In this document: one piece after another, positions 28,494-37,307 of the stretch | Layout of the letters: the number at the start of each line of letters is the position of its first letter | Numbering within the stretch: position 1 is the stretch's first letter | Program-made: the position numbers and the translations under genes | Assembly (NCBI GenBank): GCA_964291495.2 | Contig: OZ219871.1 | Coordinates: forward strand, 352,001 to 416,000 | Direction of reading: 5' to 3' | Origin: Dehalococcoidia bacterium | GTDB lineage: Bacteria; Chloroflexota; Dehalococcoidia; UBA2979 | DNA length: 64,000 bases | The notes under the pieces: generated by a model | Told to the model about the DNA's origin: nothing | Databases searched by the model: none | What the model saw: only the letters and a program-made list of their open reading frames with translations

Positions 28494-29081
28494 GTGGCTG
28501 CCAATCTGCCCGAGGGCTACGCGGAGATCGGGCGCTGGGAGCTCGGCCAGGTGCGGCGTCGGGTGATCGTGCTGCTCTTCGTGCTCTCGCTGGTCGCGAT
28601 CGTTGTGACGGCGAACGTCGCCATAGCGATCCAGTACCTGGCGACCGGCGTCTCCTCGATCAGCCTCGACCTCGGCACCTTGGCGCTTGGGCTGGTCGGC
28701 GGGTTGGCGCTGCACGAGGCGGCGCACGCCGTCGCCTTCCTCGCGCTGGGCGCGCGGCCGCGGTTCGGGGCGAAGTGGAGCACGCGGTTCGGCCCTATGC
28801 TCTACGCCTCTGCGCCCGGCTCCTGTCTGAGCAGGAGAGGCTACGTCGTGGTCGGTCTCGCCCCGGCGGTCGGATTGACCGTGGTGCTGCTGGCGGTGAT
28901 CGCGGTTGCGCCGACGGGCGGGCTCATCGGGAGCGCGGCGTTCCTGGCCGTGATCCTGAACGTCGGGGGATCCGCCGGCGACGCGATGATGATGCGCACG
29001 GTGCTGACGTACCCCGCGGATGCGCGCTTCGAGGACACCGCGGATGGGTTCGTGATCTACGGGCCGGAGCCCGCGGGGTAG
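28494..29081 (+). CDS. DUF3267 family membrane zincin-like protein
   Basis: TM helices, HEAAH (HExxH), LAP, N.GGSAGD. Confidence 0.75.
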   Translation: MAANLPEGYAEIGRWELGQVRRRVIVLLFVLSLVAIVVTANVAIAIQYLATGVSSISLDLGTLALGLVGGLALHEAAHAVAFLALGARPRFGAKWSTRFGPMLYASAPGSCLSRRGYVVVGLAPAVGLTVVLLAVIAVAPTGGLIGSAAFLAVILNVGGSAGDAMMMRTVLTYPADARFEDTADGFVIYGPEPAG

Positions 29082-29091
29082 CCGTAGGGGA

Positions 29092-29121
29092 TTGCACAGC
29101 ATGCTTGACGCATGCTATCGT
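29092..29121 (+). promoter_or_regulatory. TA promoter with tandem GCATGC operator palindromes
   Basis: TTGCAC-N18-TATCGT; AGCATGCT and GCATGC inside the spacer; ATG 6 nt after the -10 box. Confidence 0.6.
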
Positions 29122-29127
29122 CATGAC

Positions 29128-29361
29128 ATGGCGAACCTGCAGGTGAAGAACGTGCCCGACTCACTCCACGAACGTCTGCGCCGCCACGCGCAGGAGCAGA
29201 ACATCACGCTTGGCGCCGCCGTGCTCAACGCCGTCGAGCGCGAACTGGCGAGGGCCGAGTGGCGCCGCCGCCTGGCGCAGCGCCCGACAACCTACCTCGG
29301 CATCCCCGCCGCAGATCTGCTCGTCGCAGAGCGCTCCGAACGCGAGACGGAGCTTGGGTGA
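29128..29361 (+). CDS. type II TA antitoxin, ribbon-helix-helix (FitA/VapB-like)
   Basis: MANLQVKNVPDSLHERLRRHA; overlaps downstream PIN gene. Confidence 0.85.
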   Translation: MANLQVKNVPDSLHERLRRHAQEQNITLGAAVLNAVERELARAEWRRRLAQRPTTYLGIPAADLLVAERSERETELG

Positions 29362-29759
29362 CGGGCTACGTCGTCGACGCCTCGGTCGCCGTCGAGTACC
29401 TCCTCAGGACACCGCTCGGACTCGCCCTCGCCGACATGATGGAGAGCGGCCCTCTCGCAGCGCCCGAGCTGATCGATGTCGAGGTGGTCTCGGTGTTGCG
29501 CAAGGCCGTGCTTCATGGCCGCCTCGACGAGGCGCGAGCACTGATGGCGATCGACGACCTGGAGTTCTGGCCGGTCGAACGACTGCCGCACGCGGAGTTC
29601 GCGCGGTCCGCCTGGCAGTACCGCCACAATGTCAGCGCCTATGATGCCTTCTACGTGGCCGTCGCCGACGCCCTCGCGCTGCCCCTGCTGACCGCCGACG
29701 GGCGGCTCTCGCGGGCCTCGGGGCTGGGCGTCGCCGTGCAGCACGTGTACATGAGCTGA
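29358..29759 (+). CDS. vapC: type II TA toxin, VapC/PIN domain
   Basis: VVDASVAV, APELIDVEV, SAYDAFYVA, LLTAD. Confidence 0.9.
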   Translation: MTGYVVDASVAVEYLLRTPLGLALADMMESGPLAAPELIDVEVVSVLRKAVLHGRLDEARALMAIDDLEFWPVERLPHAEFARSAWQYRHNVSAYDAFYVAVADALALPLLTADGRLSRASGLGVAVQHVYMS

Positions 29760-29797
29760 GCCGGCCCTCGCGTGACTGCGGCGCGACTGGAGGCACG

Positions 29798-30832
29798 ATG
29801 CGCGTCGGGCTGTTCCTGACCAGCCAGCAGCACCTCGACACCGACATGGTCGTCGCCTTCCAGGAGCAGGCGGCGATGGTGCGGCTGGCGCGCGACGCCG
29901 GCTGGGACTCGCTGTTCAGCGGCCAGCACTACCTCAACGAGGGCGACAACCAGGGCCTCCAACTCGTGCCCTTCCTCGCCCGCCTGCAGGCCGAGGCCGG
30001 CGAGATGACGGTCGGCCTCGGCATCCTGCTGCTCAACCTCCACAACCCCGTCTACGTCGCCGAGACCGTCGCCACGCTCGACGTGATCAGCAGCGGGCGC
30101 TTCGTCTTTGGCATCGGCCTCGGCTACCGCGACATCGAGTTCGACGCCTTCCGCGTGCCTCGAGGCCAGCGCGTCGCGCGCTTCGAGGAGACGCTGGCGC
30201 TGGTCAAGCGCTTGTGGACCGAGGAAACCGTCAGCCACGAGAGCGAGACCACGAAGCTGGACGGCGTGCGCATGAACCTGCGCCCCGTGCAGCAGCCGCA
30301 TCCGCCGATCTGGATCGCGGCCAACAGCGACGCCGCCGTGCGGCGCGCCGCCCGCCTCGGCGACGCCTGGTTCATCAACCCGCACGCCACCCTCGAGACC
30401 GTGCGCCGCCAGCTCGCGCTCTACCGCGAGGAGCGCGCGGCGGCCGGGCTGGGCGCGCCCGCCGCGCTGCCCGCGCTGCGCGAGGTCTACTGCGCGCCCG
30501 ACCGCGAGACGGCACTGCGGCTGGCCGCTCCAGCCCTCGGCGGCAAGTACGCGGACTACGCACGCTGGGGCCAGGACGAGGTGATGCCGGGCGAGGAGCA
30601 GTTCGGCGCGCCGTTCGAGGAGCTGCTCTCGGACCGCTTCGTGCTCGGTTCTCCCGAGGAGTGCTACGCGCAGCTGCGGCCGCTCTGGGAGGAGCTGGGC
30701 GTGACCGAGCTGATCATCCGCACGCACTGGGCCGGCCTGCCCGCCGAGGACTCGCTGGCGAGCATGCGGCTAATCTCGGACGAACTGCTCCCCGAGTTGC
30801 GGCGCGCGCAGCCCGCGGAATGGAGGATCTGA
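29798..30832 (+). CDS. LLM class flavin-dependent oxidoreductase
   Basis: GQHY, NPVYVAETVATLDVISSGR, GLGYR, PPIWIAA, LGSPEE. Confidence 0.9.
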   Translation: MRVGLFLTSQQHLDTDMVVAFQEQAAMVRLARDAGWDSLFSGQHYLNEGDNQGLQLVPFLARLQAEAGEMTVGLGILLLNLHNPVYVAETVATLDVISSGRFVFGIGLGYRDIEFDAFRVPRGQRVARFEETLALVKRLWTEETVSHESETTKLDGVRMNLRPVQQPHPPIWIAANSDAAVRRAARLGDAWFINPHATLETVRRQLALYREERAAAGLGAPAALPALREVYCAPDRETALRLAAPALGGKYADYARWGQDEVMPGEEQFGAPFEELLSDRFVLGSPEECYAQLRPLWEELGVTELIIRTHWAGLPAEDSLASMRLISDELLPELRRAQPAEWRI

Positions 30833-31227
30833 TGGTGCGGATCGTTCGGCTCTACAGCGGCGACGACGGCGAGTCGCACTTCGAGGACCTCGACATCCCG
30901 ATTGAGGGCGGGCTCTCGATGGCGTTCCCCGTCGATACGCTGGACTTCCGAGAGGCGCCCGAGGAGCACGACCCGGACTGGCACAACGCCTCGCGCCGGC
31001 AGTTCGTGATCACGACCAGCGGGGCGCTGGAGATCGAGATCGCCGGCGGGGAGAGGCGCCGCCTCGGCCCCGGCGATGCGATGCTCGCCGAGGACCTGAC
31101 CGGGCACGGGCACGTCTCGCGGACCGTGGAGGCGCCTCGCCGCAGCATCGTGGTCACACTCGCCCCCGGCGCCGACATCGAGGCGCTGCTGGACCGGCTC
31201 CGCGGTGGTGGCGACGGCAGTGACTGA
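30832..31227 (+). CDS. cupin-fold protein
   Basis: RLYSGDDGESHFED, WHNA.RRQF, GPGD..LAED..G.GH. Confidence 0.78.
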   Translation: MVRIVRLYSGDDGESHFEDLDIPIEGGLSMAFPVDTLDFREAPEEHDPDWHNASRRQFVITTSGALEIEIAGGERRRLGPGDAMLAEDLTGHGHVSRTVEAPRRSIVVTLAPGADIEALLDRLRGGGDGSD

Positions 31228-32245
31228 CTCCTCGCGCACCGGCACGCTGGAGGTGCTGATCCGCGACGCGCGGGCGGACGACCTGCCGGCGATGCAGCGC
31301 ATCCTCAACCGCGAGATCGTCGAGGGCGTCGCGCACTGGGACGAGTGGCCCTGGAGCGCCGCGCGGCGGCGCGAGTGGTTCGAGCAACAGCGCGCCGAGG
31401 TGATGATCGTCGCCGTCGGGCCGCACTCGGTCGCCGGGTTCGCCTACCTCTCTCCCTACCGCGGCAAGTCCGGCTACCGTTTCACGCGCGAATGCAGCCT
31501 CTACGTCGATCCGGCGTTCCATCGCCGGGGCGTCGCGCGCCGCCTGCTCGCGGAGCTGATCGAGCGGGCGCGGGCGCGCAACCTGCACGCGCTCGTCGGC
31601 TGGATCGAGGCGGGCAACGAGGCAAGTCGCGCCCTCGCGCGCGAGTCCGGCTTCGAGGAGGTGGGGCTCGAGCGCGAGACCGGCTACAAGCACGGCCGCT
31701 GGCTCGACACCGTCGAGGTGCAACTGCTGCTCCAGTCCAGCGAGGAGCTCGAGCGCCTCGTCGCACCCGGCTTCCGCATCGTGACGATCGAGACGGCGGA
31801 GCAACTGGCCGAGGCGATCGAGGTCCGTCGCGCGGTCTTCATCGAGGAGCAGCAGGTCCCCGAGGAGGAAGAGATCGACGGCTACGACGCCGACCCCGCA
31901 GCGCCCGGGATGAGCGAGCGCGTGGTGCACGTGCTCGGCCGCCTCGACGGGCGGGCGGTGGCGACGGCGCGGCTGCTGCTGGACCACGCGGGCGAGCCGC
32001 CGCACGGCTATCCGCACGTCGGCCGCGTCGCCGTCCTCGCCGAGCTGCGCGGGCGACACTACGGCGAGCAGATCATGGAGGCGCTGCACGAGGAAGCGCG
32101 CCGCCGCGGTCACGCCGGCATCACGCTCGCCGCGCAGGAGCACGCGCTGCCCTTCTACGAACGCCTCGGCTATGTCGCGCGCGGCGGGCTGTTCCTCGAC
32201 GCCGGCATCGAGCACCGCTGGATGGACCTGGCGTTCGAGAGCTGA
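31220..32245 (+). CDS. tandem GNAT acetyltransferase fusion (YncA/Pat-like + YjcF/ElaA-like)
   Basis: N domain SLYV...RRGVA, NEAS, GYKHGRWLD; C domain R.AVFIEEQ.VP, GRVAVL...RG, AQ..ALPFYERLGY, FLDAGIEH. Confidence 0.85.
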   Translation: MTDSSRTGTLEVLIRDARADDLPAMQRILNREIVEGVAHWDEWPWSAARRREWFEQQRAEVMIVAVGPHSVAGFAYLSPYRGKSGYRFTRECSLYVDPAFHRRGVARRLLAELIERARARNLHALVGWIEAGNEASRALARESGFEEVGLERETGYKHGRWLDTVEVQLLLQSSEELERLVAPGFRIVTIETAEQLAEAIEVRRAVFIEEQQVPEEEEIDGYDADPAAPGMSERVVHVLGRLDGRAVATARLLLDHAGEPPHGYPHVGRVAVLAELRGRHYGEQIMEALHEEARRRGHAGITLAAQEHALPFYERLGYVARGGLFLDAGIEHRWMDLAFES

Positions 32246-32351
32246 CGATGGGGCTGCGGACGTGTGCTGCACAGCTGGGTCTTGGTACTTGAATCCAAAG
32301 GTTGCGATAATGACGCCGCATAGGACTGGCAACCAGGATGAGGGGGACGCT

Positions 32352-33593
32352 ATGAAGGGCTTCTGGCTTGGCGCGCCGGGGCGACTCTCGCTACTGTTCG
32401 CACTGATCGCGCTGCTCACGCTGGGCGCGGCAGCGTGCGACGACGAGGGCGAGCAACTGAAGATCGGCTACCTGGCCGACTTCTCCGGCCCGCTCGCCGA
32501 GTATGGGGCGGACATCGAGACCGGCGTACAGCTCGCGATCAAGCACATCAACGAGGGCGGCGGCGTCAACGGTCAGGACGTGGTCTACGTCACCGGCGAC
32601 ACCCGCGTCGACCCGACCCAGTCCGTCGAGGAGGCTCGCCGCCTCGTGGACGTCGAGGGCGTGCACGCGATCGTCGGGCCGCTCGCGAGCACGGCGACGC
32701 TCGCGGTGGCGGACAGCGTCACCGGACCGGGCGGCATCCCGCACATCTCGCCCTCGGCGACGTCGCCCGCGCTCACCGACGCCGACGACGACGGCTACCT
32801 CTTCCGCACCACCGGGTCGGACGCGGTGCAGGGCGTGGTGCTCGCGAAGCTGGTGGAGAGCGAAGGCCACACCAACGTCGGCGTGATCTTCCGCGACGAC
32901 GCCTGGGGCCAGGGCCTCTCCGAGGTCTTCACCGCGAACTACGGCGGCACGGCCACCCTCGCCTCGTACTCGGCGGACGGGCAGCCCAGCTACCTGGCGG
33001 AGCTGCAGCAGGCCGCGAGCGGCGGCGCCGAGGTGCTGGTTGCGATGGGCTTCGCGGAGACCGAAGTCTTCCTCCGCGAGTCGATCGAGAACGACATCTT
33101 CACGCGCTTCATCTTCACCGATGGCAACAAGAGCGAAGACCTGATCGAGCAGCTCGGCGCCGACGCCCTCGAGGGCGTCGTCGGCACGGCGCCCAGCAGC
33201 AACCCCGACAACGCCTCGACCAAGGCCTGGACCGCGGCCTACGTCGCCGAGTACGGGGCGGAGCCTTCTCTGCCATTCGTGCGCGAGGCCTATGACGCCG
33301 TGATCGCGATCGCCCTCGCCGCCGAGGCGGCGGGCTCGACCGACGGCGAGGCGATCCGCGACGAGCTCGCGCGCATCGCCGGACCTCCGGGCGCCACCTA
33401 CGTGGCGGATGCGGCGGGCATCAAGGCGGCGCTCGAGGCCGCAGCGGACGGTGACGACATCAACTACGAGGGCGCGGCGACCCCGATCGACTGGAACGCC
33501 GCGGGGGACGTCACCTCCGGCTTCATGGAGATCTACGGCTACCGTGGCGGCGAACTCGTGACGATCGAGATCCAGCCGTTCAGCCTCGAATAG
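32352..33593 (+). CDS. ABC transporter substrate-binding lipoprotein (Leu/Ile/Val-binding family)
   Basis: Lipobox-like LGAAAC, INEGGGVNG, SPSATSP, FRT..SD..QG, YDAV. Confidence 0.9.
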   Translation: MKGFWLGAPGRLSLLFALIALLTLGAAACDDEGEQLKIGYLADFSGPLAEYGADIETGVQLAIKHINEGGGVNGQDVVYVTGDTRVDPTQSVEEARRLVDVEGVHAIVGPLASTATLAVADSVTGPGGIPHISPSATSPALTDADDDGYLFRTTGSDAVQGVVLAKLVESEGHTNVGVIFRDDAWGQGLSEVFTANYGGTATLASYSADGQPSYLAELQQAASGGAEVLVAMGFAETEVFLRESIENDIFTRFIFTDGNKSEDLIEQLGADALEGVVGTAPSSNPDNASTKAWTAAYVAEYGAEPSLPFVREAYDAVIAIALAAEAAGSTDGEAIRDELARIAGPPGATYVADAAGIKAALEAAADGDDINYEGAATPIDWNAAGDVTSGFMEIYGYRGGELVTIEIQPFSLE

Positions 33594-33622
33594 CCGGGGC
33601 AGCCCGGCAGCAGTAGCGAGCG

Positions 33623-33648
33623 AGCGGGCGGCCTCCGGGCCGCCCGCT
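33623..33648. terminator. hairpin between convergent genes
   Basis: AGCGGGCGGCC-TCCG-GGCCGCCCGCT, 11-bp stem. Confidence 0.55.
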
Positions 33649-33674
33649 TCAGGTCTGGAGCCGGGCGAACGGGG

Positions 33675-34781
33675 CTACCCACCCTCGCCGGGCTGGCCTC
33701 GGAGGCGCACCCGCAGCGCGCCGAGCCAGCCGCCGCTGCCTCCGCCGCCACTGCCCCCTCCGCCGTCGCCTCGCGGGGCGAAGCGGCTGACGCGCGGCTC
33801 CTCGGCGAGCAGCCCCTGCGGGCGGGCGAGGATGAAGCCCACGATCAGCAGGCCGATCGCGATCCGCCGCAGCATGAAGACGCGCGACCCGAGGAAGTCG
33901 GGCAGCTCCTCCTGGATGAGCGGCAGCCCGAACCAGACGAAGCCGACCACGAGCGCGCCGAGCATCACGCCGCGGTTGTTGCCGCTGCCGCCCACCATCA
34001 CCATCGTCCAGACGAGGAACGTTGTCAGGTTGTCGAAGGAGTCGGGCGCGATCGTGCCGATGCGGTGCGCCCAGATGGCGCCCGCGAGGCCCATCAGCGC
34101 ACCGCCGAGCACGAAGCTCTGGATGCGGTAGCTCGTCGTCATCTTGCCGACCGACTGCGTCGTCGCCTCGTTCTCCCGGATCGCGCGCAGGACGCGGCCC
34201 CAGGGCGAGGCGGTCGCGCCCCGCACCACGAGGAACACCACGAGCAGCGCCAGCCCGGTCATGATGAGCAGCACCAGGTCGTAGTCGATGTTCAGATCCC
34301 TCGACGCGCCCTCGAGCGGTCGGGGCACGCCGTTCAGGCCGCGCGCGCGGTTGACGAGGCCCTCCTGCGTGTTGGCGATGCTGCGGAGGATGGTGGCGAT
34401 GCCAATCGTGGCGATGGCGAGGAAGTCGTCGCGCAGGCGCAGCGTCGGGAGGCCGACCAGCAGCGCCAGGACGCCTCCGGCGAACATCCCGCCGATCCAG
34501 CCCACGGGGACGGGCAACTCGAGGCCGCCGACGTAGTTCTCGAACTGGCCGGGCGGGTCGAGCGTGAGCAGCGCGCTGACGTAGGCGCCGATGCCGAAGA
34601 AGGCGACGACGCCGAAGTTGATCGTGCCCGTGTAGCCCCACTGCACGTTCAGGGCGAGCGCGACGATGGCGAAGATGGCGGCCGTCGTGAGGAAGCCGAC
34701 CGTCCAGTTCACGCCTCCACCGACCGTGACCAGCAGCGGCAGTTCGCCCGCGAGCGGCGTCAGGGAGTCCAGTGGGAACAT
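33675..34781 (-). CDS. livM: branched-chain amino acid ABC permease (LivM-like)
   Basis: LNVQWGYTG..NFG, LRLRDDFLAIAT, SPWGRVLRAIRENE, GGSGN. Confidence 0.88.
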   Translation of the reverse strand: MFPLDSLTPLAGELPLLVTVGGGVNWTVGFLTTAAIFAIVALALNVQWGYTGTINFGVVAFFGIGAYVSALLTLDPPGQFENYVGGLELPVPVGWIGGMFAGGVLALLVGLPTLRLRDDFLAIATIGIATILRSIANTQEGLVNRARGLNGVPRPLEGASRDLNIDYDLVLLIMTGLALLVVFLVVRGATASPWGRVLRAIRENEATTQSVGKMTTSYRIQSFVLGGALMGLAGAIWAHRIGTIAPDSFDNLTTFLVWTMVMVGGSGNNRGVMLGALVVGFVWFGLPLIQEELPDFLGSRVFMLRRIAIGLLIVGFILARPQGLLAEEPRVSRFAPRGDGGGGSGGGGSGGWLGALRVRLRGQPGEGG

Positions 34782-35701
34782 CAGCCGGACCCCCCGATCG
34801 ACGAGCCGAAGAGCCCTCGCGGACGCACGATCAGCATCCCGATCAGCAGCACGAAGGGCACGGCGGGCTTGAAGCCGGTGTTGATCCACTCCGTCGAGAG
34901 CTCCTGCGAGACGCCGACGATCAGCCCGCCGACGAGCGCGCCCCAGGGGTTCCCGATGCCGCCGAGGATGACGGCCGCGAACATCGGCAGCAGCAGGAAC
35001 TCGAACCCGGCGTCGAAGCGCAGCTGCGATTGCAGGGCGAACATGACGCCGGCCACGGCGGTCAGCGCCGCGGCGATCACCCAGGTCGCCATCCGCACCC
35101 GCTCGGTGTCGATGCCGCTCGCTTCCGCCAGCGGCGCGTTATCCGCCGTCGCGCGCATCGCAGTGCCAAGGCGGGTGCGGTGCAGGAGCACGTAGAGCGC
35201 CACCGCGAGCGCCGGCATGAGCAGGATCATGAGCAACTGGTCCGCCTTCAACTTGAGCCCGCCGGCAAACGTCCACGCCTCGTGGATCTCGTTGTGGTAG
35301 CGCAGCGGCGTGGAGCCCCAGATCGCCTGCACGACGGCCTGCAGCGCAATGGCGACGCCGAGGGCGGCGATCTCGAGGTTGAGCAGGCCCGTCTGCCGCG
35401 CGCGCAGGCGCCGGTAGATCACCCGGTCGGCGCCCATCGAGACGGCCGCGACGCCCGCCCAGGCGAACAGCACCGCCGCGATCATCCCCCAGCCGAATGA
35501 GAACGGCCCGATGTGACCGCCCGCGATTCCGATGTCGACGTACACGAAGAACGCCAGGTACATCCCCAGCGTCATCAGGTCCGCGTGCGCGAAGTTCGCG
35601 AACTTGAAGACCCCGTAGACCAGCGTCAGCCCCATCGCTCCCAACCCGATAATCGAGCCGACCACGAGGCCGATCAGGACGAGCTGCAGGATCTCCGTCA
35701 T
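34781..35701 (-). CDS. livH: branched-chain amino acid ABC permease (LivH-like)
   Basis: GLTLVYG...NFAH, TRLGTAMRA, ILGGIG, RPRGLFG. Confidence 0.9.
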   Translation of the reverse strand: MTEILQLVLIGLVVGSIIGLGAMGLTLVYGVFKFANFAHADLMTLGMYLAFFVYVDIGIAGGHIGPFSFGWGMIAAVLFAWAGVAAVSMGADRVIYRRLRARQTGLLNLEIAALGVAIALQAVVQAIWGSTPLRYHNEIHEAWTFAGGLKLKADQLLMILLMPALAVALYVLLHRTRLGTAMRATADNAPLAEASGIDTERVRMATWVIAAALTAVAGVMFALQSQLRFDAGFEFLLLPMFAAVILGGIGNPWGALVGGLIVGVSQELSTEWINTGFKPAVPFVLLIGMLIVRPRGLFGSSIGGSG

Positions 35702-36432
35702 GCGCCGTTCTCGCCTTCGGCGCTGTCGAGGCCGAGGAACATGCGGCCGACCTCGGGGTTGGCGAGCATCTCCGGGCCCGGCTGCTCGTGCGCGTTGCGG
35801 CCGTCTACGAGGAGGTAGGCACGGTCCGAGATCGCGAGGGCCTCGCGGGCGTTCTGCTCGACCATCAGCAGCGCCACCCCGCCCTCGCGCACGGCTTGCA
35901 GGCGATCGAAGATCTCGCCGCGGCGCACGGGCGAGAGCGCGGCCGTCGGCTCGTCGAGCAGCAGCACCTTCGGGTCGAGCATCAGCGCCCGCGCGATCGC
36001 GAGCGCCTGGCGCTGCCCACCCGAGAGGTGCGAGGCGCGCGCGCCCGGGCGCTCCGCCAGCTCCGGGAAGAGCCTGAGTACCTCGGTGATGCGATCATCG
36101 ACATCGCCGCTGCGCTGGTAGCCGCCCATCGCGAGGTTCTCGCGGATCGTCAGCGACGGAAAGACGTTCTCCGTCTGCGGCACGAACGAGACGCCGAGGC
36201 GCACCATGTGCGAGGGCATCTCGTCGGTGACCTCGTTGCCCTCGAGGCGCACCTCCCCGTCGCTGACGGGGAGCAGCCCGAAAATCGCCTTGAGCAGCGT
36301 GGACTTGCCGGCGCCGTTCGGCCCGATGATCGTCACCAGCTCTCCGCGCTCGAGGCGCAGCGAGACGTCGTGCACGATCATGACGCTGCCGTAGCCGGCT
36401 CGGACGGCGTCGACCTCGAGCAGTGCGCTCAC
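35698..36432 (-). CDS. livF: ABC transporter ATP-binding protein (LivF-like)
   Basis: GPNGAGKST, LSGGQ, LLLDEP, VEQN. Confidence 0.9.
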   Translation of the reverse strand: MSALLEVDAVRAGYGSVMIVHDVSLRLERGELVTIIGPNGAGKSTLLKAIFGLLPVSDGEVRLEGNEVTDEMPSHMVRLGVSFVPQTENVFPSLTIRENLAMGGYQRSGDVDDRITEVLRLFPELAERPGARASHLSGGQRQALAIARALMLDPKVLLLDEPTAALSPVRRGEIFDRLQAVREGGVALLMVEQNAREALAISDRAYLLVDGRNAHEQPGPEMLANPEVGRMFLGLDSAEGENGA

Positions 36433-37193
36433 AGCGCCTGCGCTCCCAGGTAGGCGGCCTGCACCTCGGCGTTCTCCAGCACGTCGTGCGGGTCGCCGGC
36501 GACGAGCACCGTGCCGTCGGCCATCGCGATCAGCCGCTCGGAGAGGCGCATCATCAGGTCCATATCGTGCGCGATCACGAGGAAGGTGATGCCGAAGCGA
36601 TCGCGCAGCGCGCGGATGCGCTCGATCAGGCGCAGCGTCAGGGTCGGGTTCACGCCCGCGCTCGGCTCGTCGAGCAGGATCATGCTGGGGCTCGACATCA
36701 GCGCGCGCGCCAGTTCCAGCAGCTTGCGCTGGCCGCCGGAGAGGTTCCCGGCCTGGTTCTGCGCCTCGTGGGCGAGGTCCACCTCGGCGAGCACCTCGTG
36801 CGCTCGCTCGGCGATTTCGCGCTCCTGCGCGGCGACACGCCAGGGCCGCAGCCAGCTCTCCTGGATGCGCTCGCCTGCCTGCTCCTCCGGAACCACCATC
36901 AGGTTCTCGAGGACGGTGAGGGCACCCAGCTCCTGCGGGATCTGGAAGGTACGGATCAGGCCGCGGCGGAACACCCGGTACGAGGGCAGGCCCGTGATGT
37001 TCTCGCCGCCGAAGCGCACGCTCCCGCCGTCCGGCCTGAGCGCACCTGCGATGCAGTTGAAGCAGGTGGTCTTGCCCGCGCCGTTGGGGCCGATCAGCCC
37101 GGTGATCGATCCGCGCTCGACCGCGAAGGTCGCGCCGTCGACGGCGACGTGGCCGCCGAAGCGCTTCATCAGGCCTGAGACTTCGAGCAGCAT
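36429..37193 (-). CDS. livG: ABC transporter ATP-binding protein (LivG-like)
   Basis: GPNGAGKTT, RTFQ, LSGGQRKLLE, LLDEP, HDM, AYLG. Confidence 0.9.
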   Translation of the reverse strand: MLLEVSGLMKRFGGHVAVDGATFAVERGSITGLIGPNGAGKTTCFNCIAGALRPDGGSVRFGGENITGLPSYRVFRRGLIRTFQIPQELGALTVLENLMVVPEEQAGERIQESWLRPWRVAAQEREIAERAHEVLAEVDLAHEAQNQAGNLSGGQRKLLELARALMSSPSMILLDEPSAGVNPTLTLRLIERIRALRDRFGITFLVIAHDMDLMMRLSERLIAMADGTVLVAGDPHDVLENAEVQAAYLGAQAL

Positions 37194-37307
37194 GTCCACG
37201 AGCGCCGTCCTCGAGTGCGATGCTAACGTGCCTCGCGAGGCGGCGACACATACCGGCGCGATGTGGCGAGTGAGGCAGCGGATGCGGCCGATCCTCAAGA
37301 CCCGGCG

